Below are positions 49,841 to 61,800 of a stretch of DNA of 64,000 bases, one piece after another. The DNA is from Styela clava (Eukaryota). Each line of letters begins with the position of its first letter. The first letter of the stretch is position 1. The position numbers and the translations under genes were made by a program. Location: NCBI RefSeq assembly GCF_964204865.1, contig NC_135252.1:17794001-17858000 (forward strand), given 5' to 3'. The notes beneath the pieces are model-generated. The model had not been told where the DNA came from. It saw only the letters and a program-made list of their open reading frames with translations, and did no database searches.

Positions 49841-50344
49841 TGAAAAAATGCTTTTGTAATGGGCAGGTTAATTTATATTACCATGGCGCTGTAAGTGTTG
49901 GTCTCATAGCGTCATTGCTCAGATTGTTTAGGCATAAAACGCATCGGAGTACAACTTCGCCATTCACAGTCGTATACGTATAAAGCCATACTCAAATACA
50001 TTCTCCTTTTCCCGCTCAGTCTGCAATACCTGGTACAGCCAAACTAAGTTTTAGGTAAAACTAAACAAGCAATAAGTGTATGGTTTTTGCGCTTTAATGT
50101 ATTTTCTGCCTAAATAATATTTTAAACAAGACACGTAAAACTTCAATCAATTGTTTACTTCATCACTATTGAACAATGCAAAAATTATTTACTGTGTGTT
50201 TAAAAAATGGGGTGTACTAGGGTATTGTGTATTGAACTACAGGTCCTTTCTCCTTGTTTACTTTCTATTCCGGATCCGTATGTGGCTGTTGCCACAAGGA
50301 TGCGTGACTGAGATAGTATTATGAAGATAAATAAAAATAACATT

Positions 50345-50485
50345 ATCTCTTTCCACGAAATATCAAGTATATTTATGAGCTTTCGTTAGATCATAGTCTA
50401 ACTTCTTCAGATAAAACAAGATATGGCTTAATCAAATAGCGAATAATTCGCTCATAAATATACTTGATATTTCGTGGAAAGAGAT
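50345..50485. repeat. Perfect 36-bp inverted repeat with 69-bp spacer
   Basis: ATCTCTTTCCACGAAATATCAAGTATATTTATGAGC (50345-50380) and its exact reverse complement (50450-50485). Confidence 0.9.
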
Positions 50486-51601
50486 TATATTATTTTTGTT
50501 TAAAATACACAACAATTACAGATTTCTTGGTTGGCCTGACGTCTCCAAAATTCACTACCAATACCTTTGAACAACCACCAGGTTCAAAAATACAGTTTAA
50601 AAATTGTGAAGGAGTGCAAATGAGTTTGTGTACATTTTTAGCATAAAGAAAAGCAGTTCATTTTTTGATAGGTATTAGGCATGTGAACTTTTCCCCGGCC
50701 TTTGACCGCTGGAAAATAAAGTCGCTAATAACGTTTGCAATTGAATTTTGTTTAAATCTCCGATTGTTTTCGTCAGCGTGACATGTTATTTAGGCGGTTC
50801 AAATATTTATTTCGGTGTTTATTCCCCCTGAATCAGGAAACGGTAAACACCGTGAGTTTTGTTTTGGGGTGGACCATGACAGTTTAAAAACTCTTTTTCT
50901 TAGACATTGCAAATCTCATAAATTCCTCGTGCCTGTAGTGTTCTAAGACTACCGACTTGAAATAAGTTTTACTCTGTTGGATTTTATCGCACACTTAGGA
51001 ATTTCTAGAACGGTGATATCTTAAAATTAATCGAGTGGCAGCATTGCGATGGAGCAGAGTGGGAGTTGCGGGGACAGCTCATATTGGTCTAATGCGCAAG
51101 AATACGGAACCAAATGTAATCGGGCACTTTGCTACACATTTTTATGTCCGCGGATTGCTGTTGTATTTTGGGTAAGTGGTGCTTTTATTTTATCGACGCA
51201 ATCGCAGATTCAGTTTATCACAATTACATAAATAGAGTAACCATTTTAAATATGAATATAGATCATGGATTGAATATTTTATTCAACAGAAAAACCATTA
51301 CCGTACATAAAAGTCGGCTCTTTTTACGAGTGGCGTAATCTAGACTCGACGACTGACTCAGAAGCCGTACTGCGGGGATTTCGGGGCAATGAATATATAT
51401 GTATTTTTGATTTACTAATATACTTTATATATTTTCATTATACTAAATTAAATATACTTTCCGGGATTTCATACCAGATCTTTCTAACAACGATAACGAA
51501 TTCGCATAAGCACAATATATATATTTCAAAACTAAATATAATCGGGCAGTTGATGTCACATTATTATGTCTGCGGATTGGCGTGTTATTTTAGATCGGTA
51601 A

Positions 51602-54364
51602 TAGGCCGCGAGCCGAGGCCATTTATCTTTCAGTTTCGTAGCGCACATCAGGTAACTACCTGAAAATGATTTTAAAATGTTCCTTAGAAATTTAGTAACA
51701 AATATTGCCTTGTTCCCACTTCCAAAAGTTGCACGTTTTACAGAAAAGACGCTTTTACTACAATAAATATGTGTTACCATCTGTCCTATTTTCTCTGCTT
51801 TTCCGGTATCATGGGCCAATGAACGCAGACTTCTGCACGACGTAACAGTCAAGTTAGTCAGCTGTAGGTGGATCCCCAGTGGTCGGATGAATATCAGATG
51901 TACTCAACTGCTCGCTTTTGCGTTGAGTAGCCTTTCCATAGTTTTTTTCAGTTACCGGTAATATTAGTTCAGTTATTCTAAGGAGGTGTTGAAAAGTATA
52001 GGTAAGATATTAAACACTTGTATATCCTTGCCATAAATAGCAATTTTAGTTGAGCACTAGCTCATAAGACGTTGTTAAATAGGTACGGTAACTCCAAGGA
52101 AGGCTAGACCTAGAATAATACCGGTATGTCACAAACAACGATATTTTCTGGCTTGCATGAAATGTTTATGATTAATTTAATGACTCTTTTTGACTATTCA
52201 GCAGACTTATACTACTATATAGGCCACAGCATATTTGGAAATAGAAATGAATGGCTGTTTCTGTAATGCACGGTTGTGTGAAAGAGAAGAAATTAATCAA
52301 TTTTACTAACGTCGGTTGGTCTAAATCTAAATTCATAGAGTCGACAAGAACCTGGGAAGCAATGATAAGTTATGCCGGAGTGGAAAGAAAGGTAGCATTG
52401 GAAATGATTGAGAGGTGAGAAATGAAGTTGTAGACAAACAGTTGATGTTTCAAAATATAGTCTATAGTCCATACTCATACTGTCATAGGACATTTCAGAC
52501 TGTGATATATCAAAATTTAGTGTAGATATAGTCTAGTAATGGTATGCAAACACTGCTGGACTGTAGAACATGCAATGAGCATATATACGCTCATTTAGTA
52601 CATCAGATAAAATGCATTATGTATTCAAGGTATTAGTTAGTATTTAGGGGTATTTTTAAAATCATGCCGCTCCGAATATTATTTTCTTCCTTATTTTAGA
52701 TACTGTACTACAAAAGAAAACGGCAATGTTCCACCAATCCGACCTAACGATTTTCAATTCATTTTTTTCCCTCGACTATGAAGATCTTTCGAGGTTAACG
52801 AGGTATTAATAAATAAAGCTGAGGAATTTGAAAAGGATATGAAGAATGTAAATGATACCAGGGCACGTCTATTTAACACTGTCAAACATAAGGATTATAC
52901 TCTCCACCCAACAATGATTCACTGAAGAAGCATGTGGCCCTCAAATCAGTTCTTGAGTTGGCAAACTGCAAAGAAAAATAGTCAAAATAATTTATGAAAG
53001 TGTGCCAAAATCAACTTAAATTGCACAGATTTTTGTTTTTGTATTGACTGCAGAAATCACAGTACACCTATAGAGGAAAAGTTGATTTTTGAGACAGTGG
53101 ATCTCGAAAACAATTCAGAAGAAAGTGAATTAGATATTACAGTTGATTTAATAAGTATCATACATTTGTTTTTTTTTTCGGACATTTGTTAGTGTCGTAG
53201 TCCTGTTTCTAGAAATATTATTGCCTTTGTTCAAATACATAACCACATAAACTAAAAAAAGATTAATTGTAAATTGTAATATTTCTGTTCACTATGTTAT
53301 GTACATATTGTACATTCATTTAATTTTCTTGAGTTTTGCGGTAAATTTCTAAGTGAGAAATAACTGATTTATTTGTGTTTTCGTGCTCACGATGTTAATT
53401 TGTTACAACATTGCTTAAAAATAAATACGTTTGATACTTGATAGCTTCTATAAAATGGATGTAGCTTTTTATGCTGTTCTTGTTGTAAACTGCTTGTGGT
53501 TATTACATAAAATTTATTCTCAAATGTGAATCAGCGTTGTTGGTGTCGCTGCTTTCGAGGTCACTCCCGACTCCTGTCACACAATTAAAGTATTTTTTGT
53601 TGTTGGTTACATGTATGCCATATTTTTCGTAATCTACCTAATAAATTATGATTGACTGAGGAAGTCCGATTTTGGTCAGGCAAAACATTACAGGAATACA
53701 TTTGTGTTAGTGTGCTGTAGGGCTCTCGAATTGTATAGTTCTTATGTATGCGTTGTAAACTTATGGTTATTGAATTTCCGGGAACCTCTTATATTCAATT
53801 TCGCACCAGGATTGTGGAACAAGCTGTAATGCGTTCATTATGTTCGTTTTCACACAAAACTGAAGAATTTATTTAGTTACCAGATGTGCGCTACGAAACT
53901 CATTTTCTGGGCGTTTTCATGGTTTCGTCTCACGGCCCATATCCGTGGTAAGGATCTACAAGTGTTTAATAATTTACTTATACATTTTTCAACAACGTCT
54001 TAGCATAACTTAACTAATAATAACTAAACAGGGCTATGGAAAGCCTGCCCAACTCAGCGCAAGGTCGAGCAGAAATAACTAATATTCATCCGCTCGCTAA
54101 CAGCTGGTTTAATTCAATTGTTACGTCATGCAGAAGTCATTGTTCAGTGCCGAAAATGTAGAGAATATAGGACAGATCGTAGCACATATTTCTTGTAGTA
54201 AAAGCGTCTTTTCCGTAAAACGTGCAACTTTTGGAAGTGGGAACAAGGCAATATTTGTTACTAAATTTTTAAGGAACATTTTAAAATCATTTTCAGGTAG
54301 TTACCTGATGTGCGCTACGAAACTCACTTTCTAGGCGTTTTTCAGGGCCTCGGCTCGCGGCCTA
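51602..54364 (+). mobile_element. Academ (AcademX-type) DNA transposon, internally deleted, non-autonomous, 2763 bp
   Basis: Termini TAGGCCGCGAGCCGAGGCC / GGCCTCGGCTCGCGGCCTA, ~430-bp TIRs (51602-~52035, ~53945-54364), 3-bp TSD TAA (51599-51601, 54365-54367). Internal frameshifted remnants KNVNDTRARLF..L(H)PT/NDSLKKH and Cys-rich KCAKINLNCTDFCFCIDCRN (~52840-53060) resemble the Academ XPG/Cys8 C-terminus. Confidence 0.8.
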
Positions 54365-55149
54365 TAATGAGTCGCCGCAACCGCGAGTTACCTTGAACAC
54401 AAATGAAGTAAAATAGCGCGATATTTTTAATTGTTGTAGTTGTCACAGATTGAATATTACGAGACAGAATAATTTATTATAGTATATATATATATACTAT
54501 AAAAAAAAATTTTAACGAACGCGGAGACCGTTTCAGGAGACGTTGCATGGAAATTTCTGATTCCATTTTGTGAACTCTGACATTGATTTCGCTGCGTTGG
54601 TACATCTCAGCCTCGCTAAACGAGCGATGCCATTTTGGTCGAGTGAAATATTTTTCCCCACCAGTAAAAATCAATCGTGTACAAATTACAAAAAAAAGTT
54701 TCAGTCTACCAGGATAAGTCGCGGGGAACCAAAACCATCATGCTAGGGCCTTGAATAAATGGGATTTTTAATAATTGCGACATGATCACATAGCGATCCA
54801 TGCACTCTCACCCCTTTTTCAGTTTTAGTCGGGTAAGTTTAACTAAAGTTCCGCGAGCATGGCATGTGAATGCTTATTTTTTCGATAGCAAATAACAAAG
54901 AGCGATTAAGTCAGATAATTCGTACAAGTGGTGCAGTCAAAACAGTGCGTGCATGATCTGCCCAGTATACGACGACAAAGCGTCGGATCATGCTGATCAT
55001 GATGTTCAGTTTAAATCTCATCATTAGCATTGAAGCACATCCCGCAACATTAGCGTCGACAAAAATGCGGATATAACCGATCCTCACAACAGCAGAGATG
55101 CTCACAACACAGCGACGAAAGAACAGAATATTTTAAAACTTCCCCTGGA

Positions 55150-55890
55150 GGTAACATTTTGGATACGCTTGGCTACGCGGAAGCACGTGACCTACGGGCA
55201 CGCCTCTTTAAAATCACTTTATAGCAGAAAAAGTGTTGTTGAAGGTTTTTTGGTTTTTATAAATTAAATATTTTGTACAGCATTTTATTATTTTCAGCAA
55301 AATGAACAAACTGTAATAATATATGTTAGAAAAATAGACAAGGTCTAGAGTTCTACTTACTAGCGCGGATGAACATGACACGTGATCGGGTGTGCTGAGT
55401 CATAAAAGCGAGCGTTAGTTCCTGTTGCCACAAAGCAAAAATTGAATTCCTGGTTCGTTGAGTTGTAACTGCGTTTAGCGTTATCTTATCAGGTGTTTTA
55501 TTAAGTTATTGTGCTCGATAGCTTTATTTTCTGCTCAAGATGTACGTGTGTGTTTAGGATAGATTTTACTGAAATGTTTGATTGAGTGTTTGATATCCCT
55601 CACTGACAGCAGAAACGTTTCAAACAATAGACTTTTATTATGTGGTCGTGTAGCGGGGTTGGTGGCGTTCCTGTTATCAGGAAATTATATGTTTATTTCG
55701 TGATTGTATTCATTTTGTGACTTTGAAATAAGCCTTTTTGGGAGGGATGCTGCAAAACTATACCGTACTTACTTTCTCTTTGCTTCTTTCACCTTCGACG
55801 CAGCGATAAGCGTCACCTTCGAATGAATCGATCGTGTGACGTCATCCAAATAAACAAGCGGAGCCATTTCGCGTAAAGGGCGGAGCTACG
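55150..55890 (+). promoter_or_regulatory. Probable Suv4-20 promoter/5' region
   Basis: CpG-rich, with GCGGAAGCACGTG (ETS+E-box ~55177), CACGTG and TGAGTCA (~55378-55403), CRE TGACGTCA (55837-55844) and GC box GGGCGGAG (~55878). The ATG exon has an acceptor at 58857, so an upstream exon or a trans-spliced leader is implied. Confidence 0.35.
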
Positions 55891-56150
55891 TACTCTAGCT
55901 ACGAGTCGCAGTTCTTACCACTTCATCGCAGCTCCTGCCACCAACGTACCGAGTCTCTGGCCATGATTTATGGCGCTATTACTGGTATATTCACAAAGTT
56001 ACATGGGTTATATATCAGATTTTAGTTTATCATGCCAAATTATATCTACTTAAACCTGAAACCTAACCCAAAATCCAATAAAACTGTACCGTATCTATTA
56101 AAAAAATGCTACAACTTACCCAATATTTGTTGCCATCAGGGGCAGCCCTG

Positions 56151-56604
56151 GGGTCTAGTATAGTACCACAAGTACTTCCAGTGGGTGTAGCATAACGATT
56201 TTTGCATATGTTATTCCTAACCCTCACCTGACTACCGGTATGCCATCCAAAAATTACGTCACTACGACGTCACCATCACGTCATAGGGATTGCCAAAGTA
56301 TAATTACGATCGCCCGAAATGGCATCTGCGCCGCCGATAAGAACTTGCTAAAGCCGGCGATCTCTCTCCTATCGTGATCGTTGCGACGAGAAAACGAGAG
56401 AAATAGCTTGCTCGATTTCGGGTTATCCTCTGCGCGTTTTGGACGACCATCCACATACTTCGGTGGGCCTTATAACGCTACTGTGACGTCGGAATGACAT
56501 AATTTTTCGGTGACGTAGTCAGGTGGGGGTTAGGATTGACATATGCAAAAATTGTTGAGCCAGGCCAACTAGAAGTGGATGTGGTACTAAACTATACCAG
56601 ACCC
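56151..56604. mobile_element. Foldback MITE (8-bp TSD)
   Basis: Long imperfect TIRs GGGTCTAGTATAGTACCAC... / ...GTGGTACTAAACTATACCAGACCC; exact TSD CAGCCCTG (56143-56150, 56605-56612). Confidence 0.8.
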
Positions 56605-56691
56605 CAGCCCTGTACCGCCAACCTGTAGTGGTTATGGCAGCAAAATTTTACCCACAATTAGTTTTCAATTTGCTGCCGTAGTAACGGCAGC

Positions 56692-57341
56692 CCAGTCTGG
56701 ATTTCATGGCCTTTTCGAACGAGAAATCGGGCGTGCAATCAGAAATTCCCGCGTGCAAATAAGAATTTCTGGCGTGCAATTATAGCTCACGGCGTGCAAA
56801 ACAACTGCGCCCGCTAAACTGATTTCGAACTAAGATCTGAAGATACCTCTCAATACATCCGCGTAAAAATAAGTTGGATCATAGCAAAAATGGACGTTTG
56901 ACCTTTGACCCCCAAAACATCATTTCTATATTTTGTCACTAATTTTGAGAGTGTTTGTGCGACTTTAGATACCGGTACTGTTCAGTACATCCGTGTAAAA
57001 TTATTGTATTAAAAATACGCTGAATCAGAGCCATAACTGGCCAGCGTCGGTGAGGAGGCGATTTTTCTCACGGGATTCCTATCATTCAACACGATATGGT
57101 GATTTTTGCTTCGCATTTTTCGATCAGGCCAAATCTTGCAAGCAAGTATTAGTCGACAATTGTGAAGTTATAATTTTTTGGCATCTTTATATTACTAGAT
57201 TATTGATTTAAAAACTATTTAAACCGATTTACATTGGCGAGCAATTGCAAATTTTCGGCGTGCAAAATTGAATTCGCTCGCGTGCATTTTTGTGGAGCGC
57301 TAGCGCCCTCGGGCGTGCATCTGCCATGGAATCCAGTCTGG
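56692..57341. mobile_element. hAT-like non-autonomous element with GCGTGCA subterminal repeats
   Basis: TIR CCAGTCTGGATTTCATGGC / GCCATGGAATCCAGTCTGG; exact TSD ACGGCAGC (56684-56691, 57342-57349); seven GCGTGCA motifs near the ends. Confidence 0.82.
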
Positions 57342-57460
57342 ACGGCAGCTTGCCGTTGGTTTGTGGCAGCTAAAAGGTCGCAATGAATTTGGCCATGGTT
57401 TTGCGACTGCTTCAGACGCCACGAAATACCTAAAACTACACTTGCTAGCTACAGTAACGG

Positions 57461-57745
57461 TTATTACTTATCGATCTTTAGATCGGTAAGTATGTTGATA
57501 GGCATTTGTTTGTCTGTTAGATGCACGTGATATCTCACGAAGGCGTGGTCGAATCTGCTCCAAATTTTGCATGTGCATTCATCATATCTCGGTCCAGAAG
57601 CCTATCGATTTTGGATGAATTATGTCGTATAATTAGCGAGTTATTAATTAATTAGTGATGGGGCACACGGTGTCACTATCGAATCATGAATCGAAACCGC
57701 ATTTTCGATCGTTAAGTCTTCGGTCTCAGACCGATATTCTCATTT
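57461..57745 (+). mobile_element. Helentron-associated (DINE-1/HINE-like) short element
   Basis: 5' inverted repeat CTTATCGATCT-TT-AGATCGGTAAG, short TTTG/TCTG microsatellite, 3' subterminal inverted copy GATCGTTAAG and terminal hairpin TCGGTCTCAGACCGA (57720-57734) before a T-run; no TSD. Confidence 0.65.
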
Positions 57746-58892
57746 CAGCATTGCTGGGATACCCAATCTTTCTAAAAAAATTTGTAAGTCAAATAACTGA
57801 AATATCAAAATGATATGCTGGATATGACTAAATGATATGACTGCTACTGTATCTAATGAAACCGTAGTGTAGGACAAATGGGGACGGACAAATATCCTAA
57901 TACAGTTTAAATCAAATGTTTAAAAAATTCAATCCAAAGTGCAAAGTTGGTAAACTGGTGTTTATAGCATCAAATTCTTTTAGGATGTACTTATAATAAG
58001 ATGATCGCCCATCTAACACTTATAATGCAATTCCACTATTTTATCTCCTTGATCAGTTCGTTACTGGTACACATGCTGCAATCAGGGTTGTCTAAAACAA
58101 TTTGAATATCAGAGTATTCATACTTTTTCAGGTAATTTTGAATAATAACGATTTTCTGCGCTTTGTGACATGTTGAGATGACAAAATATAATTGGAACTT
58201 TGATTGTTCGGTATCTTCTTGGGAGGCATTAGTTATTCCATTGTATATTGTATGCAAATTCCTTCATACACTACGAAGTGCTATCATTTAATTTTATAAT
58301 ATGTTCAATATTTCATATTCGAAAAAAAAATAATTTTGAATGTATTCGAAATAGTGAATTATTAGGTATTGGTCATCCCTGGCTGCAATTTTCAAAACTG
58401 CGTTTTTACTTGCCCTCGTGCCATAGATAATTACCGTAAGTGATTTAGGTTGTTCCTCCCACAAAAATTTACAGTTTTCAGTCTACGTTTCCTGCTCTGA
58501 CTGTTGTTTGAACCAAATTTTTTAAGTCAATGCCTCAAGTTAAAATGCATGTTCTAGAAAATGCAAAATGTGATTTATCTTTTAGAGAATTCTGATATAA
58601 GAAAATGGCTGGTGAAAAGGTTAATTGATCAGCAATTAGGTACTCGTATATCTTCATGCATTCATTCTCTATAAAATTTGAGGCAGAGAACCCTCTCAGC
58701 ATTCGGCGATCATGTTTTATTCTTTGGACCGGTTAACCAATTGCCATTATTTTCATAGGTAATATGCTAATAAACGGCATGATTTCATTTCTTATCAAAT
58801 TTGTTAAAGTTATTGATACCGTCATTATAAAATATTTGCTATGTTTTTCATTATCAGAGTTCCATAAATTATTTGTTTATTTAACATTGACG

Positions 58893-61800
58893 ATGGTGGC
58901 GTCATCGTGGGCAGTATGTACTGCAAAACTGCGATCAGGGCCACGAAACAATATAAGTATGACTTCAAAAGAACTTTGTGAATTTGACGATTTGGCATCT
59001 TCACTAGTATTGGATTCATATCTTGGATTTACAACACATAAAATGAACATAAGGTAAAGCAAAGACAATTGGTTTAGGTGGAATTGAAATTTCCTTACAG
59101 CCTTAAAAAGTTAAAGAGATGGTTATACATGTGAAGTATGCTTGCAATTTAAAGAATATTGTGTCAATTTCAAGCGCTTTAACACAATACACAAAGATTG
59201 AGTAATCTGTTTGATCAAGATGAGAAAAATATAGATTTTTGATTTTTAAACTCCTGTGTCTTTTTGTTGAATTGAGTTGGTGAATATTTCTTCAAATCAT
59301 GATTAGAGACTCGCTTCAAATGAACCCTGTTGTAATATTTTTGAATGTTTTTTTTCTACCAAATTCAACATTCTACTCTGTCTGAAACCCTCAGCTTGTG
59401 TTTGAATATATTATAGGAAGAAAATGTTTTACAATAAATTTGCCAACTATATGATGCGACTTTGAGGAAGAAATACGGTTGAGTATTGTGTATTGAGCCG
59501 TATGATGAATTCGTTCAGCAAGCTTTTGCAAGTTTGTAAATGTCTCCATAACTGGATTATGTGAATGTAAATTCTTTTCAGGTTCAGGCCTATGAAAGGT
59601 CGATCCATAGAACTTCATCAAATAGTCGAACGCTTTAAAAAAACGGTGGACTATGAAGAAGCTTTATATTTATTACAAAGCAGGGATTGGATTAGATTGC
59701 ACTTCCTCAATAAAACAATACAACAGAAAATGGTGAATAGATTTAGTTATATAATTGCAATTTATTAATCAACGCCTAAATTTGTAAACTTTGATAAATT
59801 CAGTGTGTCTCCTATTACACCCACACACACTCATACATGTTAAATGTCGGAACGGAACGCTGTTAAAATTTATTATACATTTCGACTTTGGTACCATCCC
59901 GACAACATCACAATTTTATAAATTAAAAATTTTCTTGATTTCCTGATATTTTTAAATTTGCTTGGGTCACCATGATTCATAATATCGGTTAATGTGTAGT
60001 TCTTATAAATCTCTTATCTTTGTTAGGCTTTCAAAGCTCATCTGGTACGATATTTGGCAATGTTTGATCCTGACTGTGGTTATGCAATAGAACGATGCAC
60101 AAGGTATTCCTTTGAGGGAGTTGGAGCTAAAATTGTGGCAACACAAGAGTGGTGAGTTATTGTCAAAGTTTGCTATTATTAATTAAATGTAATTTTAAAA
60201 ACCTGCACAGCGTTCGTACTACCTTGAATTTATATTTCATTTTTTCTTCGACACCTGTATTATTCATGGTTATTGAATTTCTTTGTCTACCTTTTATGGG
60301 AACCTAATCAAACACTTGCGAAGATAAGTAACAAAGGATATATTTTTTTTCGAGTGGTTATGTTTGCTCTTTTAACATAGAAAGTGAAAATCATTGGTTT
60401 CTCCGGTGCTGACGTATCTAAAACGGTTGTTAATCATTAATGTAGCAGTGAGGCATTGTTTTGCTTTCACTTTCTGCCATTTCGTGTGATTCTTGATTGT
60501 ATTTATTCAGTTTTTAATCTTAAATTTTATTCATTATATATATTTTTATGTGACACTTTTGTTAATTTATCCTATTCATCTCGCCTATCACTATTACAAA
60601 TATGAAGTAAATAGCAAAATTCGTGGTAAAAGTGTTATCTAAATTTTATATTTCGTACTAGAGATTTTAGTTTATTTACATATCTAATTCTATCCTCGCT
60701 TTTATATCCTATTCAAAATCCTATTCAGGTCAAAAAATGATAAAATTTTGATGTTAATCGGTTGTATTGCGGAGTTGACAAGGGAGGAAGAGGCACATCT
60801 ATTAACACCTGGTGAAAACGATTTCAGTGTCATGTATTCGACAAGAAAAAATTGTGCACAACTCTGGCTGGGACCTGCATCGTTTATAAATCATGGTAGG
60901 TGGAAAATGTTTCAAATCTAAATAAATTAAAAACAAAAAATTAAATACAACTCAAGTCTTGCTGTACCAGTGATATATGATATCATTTGTGAGTTCACAG
61001 TTAAGAGTGTGATGCCAAACTATCTTTGATCTTTCCAAAAAAACATCTTCTTACATATCACTGGTTATTCAACAACTTATTGGGATTGAGGGAAAGAAAA
61101 CATCTTGTGTGCAAAATGAAAAGCTCTAAAATCCATATATGTCGCAAATAGGTGAAGTCTACGCGTCTGAGCTTCATCTTTGTTATCCATGCAGGATAAC
61201 CCATGGCGATGTCTAAAGTCATGCTGTTTCATTCAATACTAAGCAGGGTCTGGGAGAATAATTTTAAATCGAGACTTGATTATTGTGACACCGTCATAGT
61301 GGAGAAACATAGCTAAAAAAGCTAATTTAACTTCCAATTTCTATTTGTTGCAGATTGTCGACCAAACTGCTGCTTTGTTCCAACCGGCCGTGATACTGCT
61401 TGTATAAAAGCATTAAGAGATATAGAATGTGGTGAAGAAATAACTTGTTATTATGGGGATTCTTATTTCGGTGAAAGAAATTGCCTCTGTGAATGTGAAA
61501 CATGCGAGAGGTTAGTAACAAGTAATTTTTGTCGGGGCATCAGTTTATTGCTTCTGTTGCGCAATCTTTTTTTATTATATTTGTCAAATATCCATGCACT
61601 TTTTTTTTGGTACTCCCGTAGTAGGTTAGGGTTAGGCCATAATTTTATTCCGATTTTCCCTATTTTAGTTCTATTACGAGTCGGCGACTGTCTGTGTTAG
61701 CCAAGTGGATATACATAGGTTTCAGTCCCTTTACACAACTTGATGTAGAGGAGGCGAACAAAATTAGTTACCTCCATATTGGTACACACACTTCTGGAGC

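Noticed and set aside
51556-54334. Near-identical ORFs 51556..51852(-) and 54128..54334(+) suggesting a duplicated small gene
   Set aside because: They are translations of the two Academ TIRs.
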